Part shown: positions 29,200-41,961 of the stretch, piece after piece
Layout of the letters: each line of letters starts with the position of its first letter
Numbering within the stretch: position 1 is the stretch's first letter
Assembly: GCF_006345805.1 (NCBI RefSeq)
Contig: NC_042998.1
Span: 21,266,001 to 21,330,000, forward strand
DNA from: Octopus sinensis
Taxonomy: Eukaryota
Length of the DNA: 64,000 bases
Direction: 5' to 3'
The notes under the pieces: model-generated
What the model was told of the DNA's origin: nothing
Database searches by the model: none
The model's input: only the letters and a program-made list of their open reading frames with translations
Program-made: the position numbers and the translations under genes

Positions 29200-30130
29200 C
29201 TAAGTTCCCACCGTATCACGGGAAGACATAGGGAAACCAAAGACCCAAACGAAGTTATAAACCAGAAAAGAGAATAAAAATTATCCGACTGGCAGAAGAA
29301 GGCGTTTGCATGGTAGATTACCAAAGATAATTGCAACAAATTGTAGGAGTGAGACATGGTTAAGGTTGCACAAAGGAAAGCTGAAAAAGAAGACACAGTT
29401 TGTTAGTAGCAGCACAAGACCAAGCTTTAAGGGCTAATTGGATAAAAGCCAAAATAGACAACATCAAGTAGATTGCAGATGAAGGTTATGCCAATCAAAA
29501 GAGAAAAGCGTTACTCGTATAGTAAGTGAATGTAGCATGCTCACACAGAAAGAATACAAGAAAAGACATGAAAACCTAGGAAAGATAATCCACTGGGAGT
29601 TATTTAGCAAGATAGGATTTGAACATACTGATAAAGGGTATGAACAAGGACCTAGTAAAGTACTAAAATGTAAGAAATACAAGATTCTGTAGGACTTTAA
29701 CATTCAGACTGACAGAGTAATAGAAGCTAGAAGGCTTGATTTAATAGTAGAAGATAAAGAGAATAGAAAATGCCAGATAACTGACTTCACAGTCCCAAAT
29801 GATGAAAACGTGAATGTGAAAGGTATAGAAAAAATAGCAAAGCACCAGGATCTAGCCATTGGATTACAGAGAGTATGGAAAGTGCGGATAAAATGTATGC
29901 CAGTAGTTATAGGAGCATAGGGAACTATCCTTAATGATTTGAACAAATTGATAGGGGAAATAGGCTGAGAACCTAGTTTAGTACAGCTCCAGTACAGCCC
30001 CAGAAAAGAGTGTTATCAGGAACAGCAAGGATACTTAGGAGGGTTCTTGGCATCTAAGGTTACTTGCTGTAGTCCGATGTTAGAATTTTATTTCCTTTCC
30101 AACACTCAAATATTTTGTGTGTATATGAAA
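29200..30130 (+). mobile_element. Decayed R4/Dong-type LINE 3' part
   Basis: VAAQDQAL, CRLC..., IQTDRVIEARRLDLIV and IAKHQDL relics, ending before (AAT)n. Further fragments at about 15970-16260, 17860-18560 and 30950-31450. Confidence 0.75.
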
Positions 30131-30562
30131 ATAATAATAACAATAATAATAATACTTTCTACAAAAGGCATAAGCCCTGACATTTGAGCTTCACTGATAC
30201 TTAATAAATCGACCCCGAAAGGATGAAAGGCAAAGTCAACCTCGGCAGAATTTGAACTCAGAACATAAAGACAGACGAAATACCGCTAAGCATTTCGCCC
30301 AGAGTGCTAAAGTTTCTCATATTTTTTTTTTGCCCACAAGGGGCTAAACATAGAGGGGACAAACAAAGATAGACAAAAGGATTAAGTCGATTACATAGGC
30401 CCCAGGGCGTGACTGATACTTAATTTATCGATCCCGAAAGGATGAATCTGCAAAGTCGACCTCGGCGGAATTTGAACTCAGAACGAAGCGGCAGACGAAA
30501 TACCGCTAAGCATTTCGCCCGGCGTGCTAACGTTTCTGCCACCTAACAGCTTAATAATAATA

Positions 30563-30609
<47 letters not shown>

Positions 30610-30614
<5 letters not shown>

Positions 30615-30895
30615 GTGTTGAGAGGGATTCTTTGGGGTTTGAATAATTCACCTCTGGAATTATTCAGGGACCTTTTGAGTGGGATGGGCTACTCAACCTG
30701 AAGAAAATTCTAACTGGGCCCCACCTGCAAGGTCATGTGCTGTTTATCTTGATATGAGATCACCATGTCGCGCACATATGGTTGTGATGCATGTGCCTGG
30801 TGTACCTTTATCAGACGGGTAGTCATGATGGGTATATTGGGCTTCGTATATTTTACCCCAGTGTCACTTTGATGGCATGCACTGCTCTCTCACTC

Positions 30896-30897
<2 letters not shown>
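30610..30897 (+). mobile_element. 3' terminus of a (TAA)n-associated retroelement
   Basis: ...GTGATGCATGTGCCTGGTGTACC...CTGCTCTCTCACTC(AAT)n. A near-identical shorter copy lies at about 16563-16676; both sit inside TAA tracts. Confidence 0.65.
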
Positions 30898-30950
<53 letters not shown>

Positions 30951-32354
30951 GCACTGAAATAGTTGACGAACCTCAAACCACTACCACCAAACAAGTAAAA
31001 TGGATCAAGCAGACTGCAAAAAAGAACAGGCAAGAACAAATTGTGGAGCGGTAGAGCTAGATTCCTCTGTATGGGCTGTATATACTACGAAGTGAAAATG
31101 TTGATGATGATCCAGCAACAACCCATAAGTGGCTGAGAAGTTCAGGACTGAAAGCAGAGACTGAAGGTGTCTTATTGGCAGCACATGATCAAAGTCTGCT
31201 CACAAAAAACCACCAAGCTAACGTTCTTCAAAACGGTTCTGATCTAAATGCAGATTCTGTGACATACTTGACGAAACAATAGACCGTATCATCTCGGGAT
31301 GTCCTGTGCTGACACCAAACGAATGCAAAAATCGACACGAGAAGGTAGGACACTACTTAAAATGGAAAATATGTAAACACTACAAAATTCAGCACTCCTG
31401 CTTACTGGTATGAACATCATTCTGAGCCAGTTGTTGAAGGTAAAAATGTCAATCGTAACGTAGGTTTAACAACATCGTTGCGCACAAAAACGGGATTCTA
31501 AGAAGTAAAGCTCCCTTCAAGGCAGAGCTAAATATGCAGTTGTCAAGTAGGTAAGAGGTTTTAAACAGGAGCTATATATTCAAAATTGGTAAAACTAAAA
31601 ATTGTCGAGGATAAATTAAATTTATTATTGTTACTGAATATGTTAGTGTTATTTAATTTCTGAACGGTTTTGCTGCCGTTTGTTTATGTAGTTTCAGTTC
31701 TTTATCCACTAGTTTCTACTAAGATAGAGACATGAGTAAAATTAATAACAGGGAAACGAAAATAAAACTTCGGAAACAGCAACGCCGCCGTAGCTTACGT
31801 GGAAACCATGAGCGTGTTTTCAAGGAGTTAATCAGGGAAAGACTTGTAAAGTAAAGTAAATATAACAAATGATCCAGAGTCCTTGTCCGATACCATATGG
31901 CTGTGTGGTAAGTAGCTGGCGTAGGAGTGGCTGTGTGGTAAGTAGCTTGCTTACCAACCACATAGTTGCGGGTTCAGTCCCACTGCGTGGCACCTTGGGC
32001 AAGTGTCTTCTACTATAGCCTCGGGCGGACCAAAGCCTTGTGAGTGGATTTGGTAGACGGAAACTGAAAGAAGCCAGTCGTATATATGTATATATCTATG
32101 TATATATATATGTGTGTGTGTGTTTGTGTGTCTGTGTTTGTCCCTCTAGCATTGCTTGACAACCGATGCTGGTGTGTTTGCGTCCCTGTAACTTAGCGGT
32201 TCGGCAAAAGAGCCCGAAAGAATAAGTACCGGGCTTCCAAAGAATAAGTCCAGGGGTCGATTTACTCGACTAAAGACGGTGCTCCAGCATGGCCACAGTC
32301 AAATAACTGAAGCAAGTAAGAGGAAGAAAAGGAAAGGATATGTATGTATGTATG

Positions 32355-32390
<36 letters not shown>

Positions 32391-32434
32391 GAGAGAGAGG
32401 GTGGGTGAGAGAAAGAAAGAGAGAGGGATATATG

Positions 32435-33682
32435 CATACATGCAGGAAATAAATAGACACCTTTAATTTTCAAAATTTGTGATCTAATCGTCTTAATGTT
32501 TTCAGCGGTGTAGAATTTACAATGTAATTATTCTTTTTCATTCCAGATGCCATTATATTAAATATTTGCGAAGAGTAACCATGCCACGCAGAAAAATATT
32601 CAGCAGAACTGTCAGATTTTCAAAGAGGTCGTAATTAGAGGCTGGTCTTAGCCAGCAAAAAATTGCCGAAAATCTTCAAATTCCTCTTGCTACTGTAAAT
32701 AGAATTATAGTGCAATTCAAAAGCCAAGGAAAAGAATCAACAGATTCTCGTTACGGCCGACCTGGGTCCTTGGAAAGGAAACTTCCCTGTTTGAAGAGAA
32801 TTGTGGAAAACGAACCCCGTTCGAATGTTTCTGACATTACAAAACAGCTAGAAGTTAGTCCAAAAACGTGTGTTACATATCTGCATAAGCTTGGATATTA
32901 TGGAAGAGCCGCTGGAAGAAAACCTCTCCTTCAACCAAACAATATCATGAAAAGAAAGAAATGGATTAAGGAGATGTCAGAAAAATCCAGTTCATTTTGG
33001 GATAGAATGATTTTCTCAGATAAATCCAGATTTGCACTATTTTCAGACAGTAGTCGTTATTGGGTCTGGAGGCTTTTCAATCAAGAATTCCATTTGAAAC
33101 AACTCCAACCAACTGGGAAACATGGCGGTATCTCTGTAATGGTATGGGGAGCTGTCACCAGCAATGGTCGTTCTGAGCTGATCGAATGTGTTGGAACCAT
33201 AAGCTCTGAAAAATACATCGAATATTTAAGCAATGTATTCACAAGATAACATAAGGAAAAATGAGTTTTTATTCATGGAAGATGGGGCTTCATGCCACGC
33301 AGCGAAAAGGAATCAACAATGGCTGAGTGAAAATGCGATCAAAAAGCTTCCTTGGCCGAGCCAACCTTCTGACATGAACCCAAATGAAAATCTTTGAAGC
33401 ATACTAGTTAGAGCTATAGGAAAAATTCGACAGAAACCTAAATCAAAAGACGAATTACTTCGATTGTTGCGTGAAAAGTGGGCAGAAATTCCACAAGAGA
33501 CAATCACAAAGCTCATCAGTTCAATGCCAAAAAGAGTTTCTGAATTAAAAACTGCAAAGGGAATGTCAACTAAATACTAAAATATGCAGTCCTACCTATC
33601 GATTGCATTTCAATTGTTCGCTTTGCGTATTACATAAAAGATTTTCAAAATTAAAGGTGTGTATTTACTTCCTACATGCCTG
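32435..33682 (+). mobile_element. Full-length but pseudogenised Tc1-like transposon
   Basis: Imperfect TIRs (CATACATGCAGGAAATAAATAGACACCTTTAATTTT vs reverse complement CAGGCATGTAGGAAGTAAATACACACCTTTAATTTT). Transposase from ATG 32581 with [26 protein letters not shown] and WPSQPSDMNPNEN motifs; frameshifts and stops. Confidence 0.9.
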
Positions 33683-33772
33683 TATATATATATTTAATGT
33701 AGGATAACATTTTTTATCAATGGCCAGCATATTAAAAATTACCTTTAAAGGTTAAATTTATAAACAACTTAT

Positions 33773-34348
33773 AAATAATGGCAAACGAAAAAATTTCTAA
33801 TGCCAAATATGCCGAAATTAGACACCTTGTCCATAACCATATAATTTTTCACAATACACACGCTACTCAAAAAAGGTCGACAGAAATTTCTAAAAAATTC
33901 CATTATTACCATATCGGACCGATTTCAGGGTTTGTTCATAAGAACCCTCCCTTCGTCAGTGATAAATGTGGCAAAGAAATAAATGAGATACTTACTCATA
34001 CCCATGGAAGAAGCAAACACTAAGTCATGAGCACAATTAAGTACCCCAAATATACTTAATTGTGGTACTTGATTGTGGGGTACATAATTGTGCTCATGAC
34101 TTAGTGTTTGCTTCTTCCATTGGTATGAGTATCTCATTTATTTCTTTGCCACATTTATCACTGACGAAGGGAGGGTTCTTATGAACTAACCCTGAAATCG
34201 GTCCGATATGGTAATAATGGAATTTTTTAGAAATTTCTGTCGACCTTTTTTGAGTAGCGTGTGTATTGTGAAAAATTATATGGTTATGGACAAGGTGTCT
34301 AATTTCGGCATATTTGGCATTAGACATTTTTTCGTTTGCCCTTATTTA
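33773..34348. repeat. Fold-back inverted repeat (about 275-bp arms) with a hammerhead motif in each arm
   Basis: About 33773-34049 is the reverse complement of about 34076-34348 with few differences; hence near-identical ORFs on both strands. Confidence 0.92.
34155..34214 (+). ncRNA. Minimal type-I hammerhead ribozyme motif (mirror copy at 33906-33965 on -)
   Basis: ttatca-CTGACGA-aggg...ccct-GAAA-tcggtccga-TA-tggtaa: 6-bp stem I (one G-U), 4-bp stem II base, near-palindromic stem III. Confidence 0.8.
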
Positions 34349-36052
34349 GTATAGAGCGTGGTTAGGGCATCGGGCTCATAAGCATGAAGCAGTGACTTCG
34401 ATTCCCAGACCGGGCTGTGTGCTCTGTGCTTGAGCGCAACACTTTACTTCCCATTGCTCCAGTTAACTCAGCTGTAGAAATGAATTGCGACGTCACTGGT
34501 GCCAAGCTGTATCAGCATTTATCTTTCCATAGTGCAATATCGGTGGCATCGAGAAGAGTGGTTGGTATGCATGGGCGACTGCTGGCTTTCTTTAAGAAAA
34601 CCTTGCTCGGACTTTTGCCTTAGAGGGTAAGTTTCTATGTGTATTCCTATGGTCATTCATGGCCAAAGAGTGGGACCCCCCCTATCCTATTTATGTGGCG
34701 AGGAAGTATTAGAATATTTCTTTTATTGGGCGCACACTCAAAGAGAAGAAAGTAATCCTGGTGAGAAAAAGGAAGCCGTATTTCTTGGTATTTAAATTGC
34801 TCATGAATAAATATTCGCAATTTCCTCTTAACGTACTTCAACACTCTTTTCATCAAACATTATTTTACCAGCCATTCTTCGATATTTATAATTTAACGTA
34901 TTTTCCATGCTACTCTAATAGGTTTTATGAAATTTTTCATTTGTATTCACTCATATACTTGTTTATTGACACTGAGTTGTGATGCAGAGAATTTGTAAAC
35001 CAGTCTTTCTGCAGAGCTGGAGATTTCAGAGAAACAAATAAGCTAGCTAACTGCAACTTTATGAATGCAGTCTGTAAGTGGGACCGTAAAAATATGCGAG
35101 AAACGATGGGGTTTGTGTCTTTGTTAGAAACCAGTTCCGTTCTCAGAGGAAGAATTGAGATAATAAAAACAGAAGAGAACATACATACATACATACATGG
35201 TGGTTGCCCCCTCGTTATCGAGTATGGCCATTGCGCGAAGCTTAATCATTGTTGTTATCGTGCAATAACTGTGCAAGAAGATTTTTTTTTAAGTGAGGAA
35301 AGGCTGTGCACCGAGTCATTCCCACTCACTAAGCAACAGCAGCCATAATCGGAAAAGAAGAACAAGTCAACATCATCGGTAACCACTGAGCCGCAGTTTT
35401 ATGTTGGAGTTATCCCAGTTTCCTGAGTTACCTTCTCCTAGAAGGATGCCCTAACAAAGGCTAGGAGTCCTTCACTCCCAATGGTTTAACCGCGCGATCA
35501 GGTATTCAGTCCGATTATTTCTATATCCCCGCGCATGATCCAGCCTTAAGGCATTTATTGGATCGCCGTTGACTCTTAAGAGTTCTTCCGCCCTTTGATG
35601 GGTTTTGTTTTTCATCCGGCAGGGTGTCCAATAAACACCCTCCTCACCAAGCAAGCTTGGTGGGGTTGCCGGTTTAGTCGCCGACGACCCGACCATGCAA
35701 CATGTTGTACTTGGTTACATGTTACCAGTAGCACTCAAAAGTGACCTGATACTGCACATACATACATACATACATACATACATACATACATACATACATA
35801 CATACATACATAAATACATACATACATACACACATACTTGCTTGTGTCTCCTGAAATAAGTCTACACCAATTTTCAAAAGCTCTTTGCGAGGAAAGATTC
35901 GGGGAATGTCATAAAACCATACATTTTGTTTGGCCATTAAATACTTGCTATCATTGTTTGACCTTATGTAAGTCGCGCTGAAAAACCATATGAAGCCTAT
36001 ATAAATACTCTCACCGTTGAAGAGGTGTCAATAAATAGATAAATAGATAGAA

Positions 36053-36835
36053 GGCGGCGAGCTGGCAGAAACGTTAGCACGCCGGGCAAAATGCGTCGCT
36101 GTATTTCGTCTGCCGCTACGTTTCGAGTTCAAATTCCGCCGAGGTCGACTTTGCCTTTCATCCTTCCGGGGTCGATAAATTAAGTACCAGTTACGCACTG
36201 GTGTCGATGTAATCGACTTAATCCCTTTGTCTGTCCTTGTTTGTCCCCTCTGTGTTTAGCCCCTTGTGGGCAGTAAAGAAATAGGTATTTCGTCTGCCGT
36301 TACGTTCTGAGTTCAAATTCCGCCGAGGTCGACTTTGCCTTTCATCCTTCCGGGGTCGATAAATTAAGTACCAGTTACGCACTGGGGTCGATGTAATCGA
36401 CTTAATCCCTTTGTCTGTCCTTGTTTGTCCCCTCTATGTTTAGCCCCTTGTGGGCAGTAAAGAAATAAGTATTTCGTCTGCCGTTACGTTCTGAGTTCAA
36501 ATTCCGCCGAGGTCGACTTTGCCTTTCATCCTTCCGGGGTCGATAAATTAAGTACCAGTTACGCACTGGGGTCGATGTAATCGACTTAATCCCTTTGTCT
36601 GTCCTTGTTTGTCCCCTCTATGTTTAGCCCCTTGTGGGCAGTAAAGAAATAAGTATTTCGTCTGCCGTTACGTTCTGAGTTCAAATTCCGCCGAGGTCGA
36701 CTTTGCCTTTCATCCTTCCGGGGTCGATAAATTAAGTACCAGTTACGCACTGGGGTCGATGTAATCGACTTAATCCCTTTGTCTGTCCTTGTTTGTCTCC
36801 TCTGTGTTTAGCCCCTTGTGGGTAGTAAAGAAATA
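36053..36835 (+). mobile_element. tRNA-derived SINE family B as a head plus 4 x 184-bp tandem array
   Basis: Units start at 36101, 36285, 36469 and 36653 (GTATTTCGTCTGCCG). Monomers or partial copies at about 41625-41855(-), 42073-42301(+), 50425-50633(-), 30170-30543(-) and 11410-11610(+). Confidence 0.92.
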
Positions 36836-37496
36836 AATAGATAATTTGTTTTACAAACGTTGATTAATTCACGCTTCATAAAATGATATGACCGTTTGTG
36901 TTTTAACACGATACGATATAGTTTCATACAAATATGCATGGAATTTGTTCATAGGCTGAGCAACTACACAACATTACCATTGAAACGTAAAATCAACTGA
37001 ATCGATCTCTATGGTCAATTTAGGTCATGTTGAATGTAATGCTCTCATTCCTTCCACACCTGACCTCTCCACCATAAAACAGAGACCATAATTCAATATT
37101 TCGTATGGATCTAAAATTAAAGTAATTTCCAAAAAATAATTACTTTACTTTCAAGTACATTAACTAAACCTTAAAAATACCTAACAAAGGGAATATACAG
37201 CGTTTGGATATACAGCTGTTGTTTACGTGTAAGCTGTTCATGCACTGTTTATATGCTGCAGGGTAAGTATTTCGTATATAAAACTGTTACACTCCTTAAA
37301 GCAATCTCTTCCCACGACAAGTGCGTTAACCTGTCTGGTTGCTTATATAGTTACTGCTAACTATATGAGCACAAGTTCGCACAAAGAGGAGTACTACTAC
37401 TATTGCGAGAAAAGCGAGTAGGATTACGAATATTTTCGGATTTTACCATTTCAATATATTATCACTAGCTGCACGAAGCAGCGGAGATACACAAAC

Positions 37497-37506
37497 ATGG
37501 AAGCCA
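37497..37506 (+). CDS. CD225/dispanin gene B, coding exon 1 (10-nt coding micro-exon, M-E-A)
   Basis: atcactag|ctgcacg...acaaac ATG GAA GCC A|gtaagta. A probable upstream non-coding exon donor lies at 37263 (gcagg|gtaagt). Confidence 0.87.
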
Positions 37507-37899
37507 GTAAGTATACGTTTATGAATTTTCGTAAGTCCTCACTATATATATCTCCTTCTATAACTCTTTTTGTAAACACACTCCATGATTCGCTCAATAA
37601 GGTATTAACAAAATTCGAATTTTCCGTCCTGTCGCTTCACGCACGGTAATTAAAGACTAGTATAAAGTCGCTTGTAATCTACGCAGGACTAACTGACCCC
37701 CAACTTCAACAAGCTTCTCTGCGCTCCTGCTACGGTTTCCCTTCCCCAAAATAGATGTATCCACCTCTTACTTCCTCAAACTGACCATCATCTTCTACAC
37801 GAGACTCTGAAAGTGTTCGTTTATCTCGCGAGCAACAAGTGCATATATACATGTATATATGTATATGTACATATATATATATGAATATACATATATATA

Positions 37900-38122
37900 A
37901 ATCCTTAAATCCTTAAAAATGTTTCAGCCCGAAGGCGTCGGCCATGCTGAGACACCACCGTTGAATGAGCTACACTAGTATGTGAAACCACCTCTGATAC
38001 GTGGCACTTGATCAACAAGGGAGTCCGATGCCGCTGCCCGCATCTGTTTCCTGCCGAGAGGTAGGTTCATCTGGGACCCCCGACAAGAAGAGATCCAGTT
38101 TAATTTTAAAGAAACTTACATG
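37900..38122 (-). mobile_element. Short 5'-truncated copy of the CR1-group LINE at 56530-60460
   Basis: High similarity to 56530-56742, with the same (AAGGATTT)n tail next to (TA)n. Confidence 0.88.
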
Positions 38123-38124
38123 TA

Positions 38125-38221
<97 letters not shown>

Positions 38222-38388
38222 TATATAGATATATATATACATATATGTGTATATATACACATATACATGTATATATATATACATATATATTTACATATAT
38301 GTATATATACGTATATATATACATATATATGCATATAAATCTCTATATATACATATGTACATATATATGTATTCATATATATATATAC

Positions 38389-38463
<75 letters not shown>

Positions 38464-38718
38464 CCACGGCCTTCTTTCAGTTTCCGTCTACCAAATCCAC
38501 TCACAAGGCTATAGTACAAGACGCTCGTCTTAGGTGCCACGCAATGGGACTAAACCTGGAACCATGTGGTTGGTAAGCAAGCTACTTACCACACAGCCAC
38601 TCCAGTGAACTTACGTGCACACAAACATTCGATCACCAAAAGCAAATCATCCGTGTGCTTGTTCGGCAATATTTTGCCGAATCTTCATGCGTCGTCGAAC
38701 GAATGGTGCGACCATGAG

Positions 38719-38752
<34 letters not shown>

Positions 38753-39125
38753 TATATATATGAGGGTTCGGCAAGTCAGGGAGAAGTTGCACTCGTACAA
38801 TAAAGTGATCTTAGCAATCGGTTTCCCGCAAGTAATACAATGGAGTGTTAGGTAACAATCCGATTCTATAACCTTACGTTCGTCAGAGTTAGCCGATATG
38901 GAAGGGAATATTGGCGACTGCTCTCTATTGCCGTAAGCAGTTTAACACTGCTGCTGACCGGGTTAGTTTTGTTCTTAACAATATTTTGGCCGTCCATGAA
39001 GTTTCATGTTTGTGTGTATGTGTGTGTGAAAGAGTTCACTTTGTATGTATCAATGTTTTTCGTATAGTTTTGTTTATTAATTTTTTTCTATCTCTGTCTT
39101 ACATTTATCACAGGTATGTGGCATA

Positions 39126-39518
39126 TCTTTATATATAAAAGTGAGGTTGTGTGTCTGTCTCCTACGATTTAGATTCCTGACTACTCCCACATTTTGCGGT
39201 GCAGTTTAACCAAAACCGGGTATCTTACTGTCGTGATTCATATCGAGCCCTTCTGGGTATTAGCGCGCGTCTACGATGAGTCTACGATTTAAAAAAAAAA
39301 TTACCATCAATTTTTCCCATTTTAAATGCATTTTTAGCATATATAAGGGAAGTAACTCTCTAAAAATTTATTATTAAATCTCAGAACGTAAAAAGCTACA
39401 GTAACACCCCCTCTTTGTGGTTAGCCATATTGAGATGGTTATTATACTTTAGATCTCTAAAAATGCTTATATAGTTATTTCCCTTACAAACCCGAGCAAC
39501 GCCGGGCGATACTGCTAG
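39126..39518 (+). mobile_element. Non-autonomous Helitron-like element
   Basis: A|TC 5' end; 3' hairpin CCCGAGCAACGCCGGG plus CTAG|T. Confidence 0.8.
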
Positions 39519-41062
39519 TATTTTATATATTTATTATCTATTTATATATTTTTTAGTTCCTTTCCTTTTCCTTTTTTACTTGTTTCAGTCATTTGACTGC
39601 GGCCATGCTGGAGCACCGCCTTTAGTCGAGCAAATCGACACCGGAACTTGTTCTTTGTAAGCCCAGTACTTATTCTATCAGTCTCTTTTGCCGGACCGCT
39701 AAGTAACGGGGACGCAAACACACCAGCATCGGTTGTCAAGCAAAGCTAGGGGGACAAACACAGACACACAAATACATACACACACATACATATATATATG
39801 TATATACATATACACGACAGGCTTCTTTCAGTTTCCGTCTACCAAATCCACTCACAAGGCATTGATCAACCCGGGGCTATAGCAGAAGACACTTGCCCAA
39901 GATGCCATGCAGTGGGACTGAACCTGGAACCATATTATTTATTTTCTTTTTATTATTTTATTTTTATACATCTATCTCTATTTCTCATAAGTATTAACGG
40001 TAAGTGCATATATGTCTATTGTGAGTGTATTACCCTCCTATATGTTTCAGTGTATTATTTACGGTTTTTACTCCTTTCCGCTCTCTCTTCTCATCCCTAC
40101 TGTCTTTAGTCATGTGGTGTGGTGGTTGGTATTACTGTTCCATTCATGTTTTCCATTGGGGTTCGCTCTGTAAGTGCAGTAAGTGGAGCGAGAACACACA
40201 GGAAAATGAAGTGTCCCTCAAAAAGGTCATACCAGCAAAAATTATGCACGCTACACCACTACACATATTAAACACTCTATCCCCACAGAAGCACCACAGA
40301 TAATAACGCACACCCCACAACGAACGCCTCAAGATAACTCTTATCGGTCTCACAGTGTACCCACCCAAGGGACATAACTCCTAACCTAATCCCCTGGACC
40401 TCTTCATGTCACCACCTTTTCCACAGCAACCGCGAGTCGGCTGTGTTAATCCACTTGTGTCCGGACAATGGACATTGTCCGGAAATTTTTCGTCACACAT
40501 CTGTGATCTCTTCAGCAACCCTTTTTCATTATTTTAATACATCTCTCTCTATTTCTCATAAGTATCAACGGTAAGTGCATATATGTCTATTGTGTGTGTA
40601 TTACCCTGTATATTTCTGTGTATTATTTACAGTTTTTCTTTCTTTTCCCTCTCTCTTCTCATCCCTACTGTTTTTATTCATGTGGCGTAGTGTGGTGGTA
40701 GGTGTTACTGCCCCACTCTTGTTTTCTATCGAGGCTCGGTCTGTCTACTGTTATGTGTGTAGCGTCTGTAAACTAAGTGTCATGTCAGTTCTATGTGTCG
40801 AAAGTTCTTAAAACTCTATGCTATTCATTAGGCCTCGATGCTCTGCCCGAGCATGTTTATAAGAAAATATAAAATTATTTAAATATCCTGTTTTTTCGCT
40901 AATGTAATAGTGATGATATTAATTAATTTTTTAAAAATTATAAGCAAATGTTCACAAGAAAATTAAAGTCACCGACCAGCATATAACATTTGTTGATTAA
41001 TTAAATTTATGAGGAATGAATACTTTGAAATATCTCTTACCGAATCTTACTTCTTTTTATAG

Positions 41063-41367
41063 ATATAAGACAAACTGAAGAACCGAACGATGGTCCACCA
41101 GGATACTACGAAAACCCTGGATACTTATCTGCTTTTGAGCATCCTACGACATCTGGTCATCCCGCACAAGCTGGATGTCCACCACAACCCGGATATCTGT
41201 CACAACCTGGTTATCCACCACATCCCGGGTATCCGCCACAACCCGGATATCTCCCACCATATGCAAATCCAATAACAATGGGATATACCCCATCGCCCTA
41301 TTACCCTTCAACTATACCAGTGCAACATCAACCCCTATTACAACAACAACAACAACAGACTGTTATT
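41063..41367 (+). CDS. CD225/dispanin gene B, coding exon 2 (Pro/Gly/Tyr/Gln-rich)
   Basis: ttctttttatag|(N)IRQTEEPNDGPPGYYENPGYLSAFEHPTTSGHPAQAGCPPQPGYLSQPGYPPHPGYPPQPGYLPPYANPITMGYTPSPYYPSTIPVQHQPLLQQQQQQTVI|gtaagc. 305 nt, phase 1/0. Confidence 0.92.
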
Positions 41368-41917
41368 GTAAGCAACAATATTTTCTTTTTTTAATTTTTA
41401 CTGTTCTACAAACATCCTAAATAGAGATGTTTAGCAAGTTTTTATCATCAAAAGGTGACTACTAAGAAATCATCTTTAAGAGTTTTTAGTCAGTCATATT
41501 ATGTGAAGCACAATAAATGTTTTCATGTGGTATTTATTTTATCAATCTTTATCGAAAGGCCGACAGGTTGTACAGAACTACAACGGTAACAGTCGCAATC
41601 GAAGGTATATCCACATGAATATATATTTCTCTACTACTCACAAGGGGCTAGACACAGAGGGGACAAACAAGGACAGACAAACGGATTAAGTCGATTACAT
41701 CGACCCCAGTGCGTAACTGGTACTTAATTTATCGACCCCGAAAGGATGAAAGGTAAAGTCGACCTCGGCGGAATTTGAACTCGGAACGTAACGACAGATG
41801 AAATACGGCTACGCATTTCGCCCGGCGTGCTAACGTTTCTGCCAGCTCACCGCCTTATCGACACGAATATATATACGCGCGTGCGTGTCCGCGTGTGTGC
41901 ACGAATGCATGCTTATG

Positions 41918-41961
<44 letters not shown>

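Noticed and set aside
33778-34327. Two nearly identical ORFs on opposite strands
   Set aside because: A by-product of the inverted repeat; no recognisable domain.
36101-36835. Regular array that could be taken for CRISPR
   Set aside because: Units are contiguous 184-bp SINE bodies with no unique spacers; eukaryotic context and no cas genes.
41090-41420. ORF-track proteins over gene B exon 2
   Set aside because: Wrong frames; the frame fixed by the splice phases gives the PGY-rich peptide.
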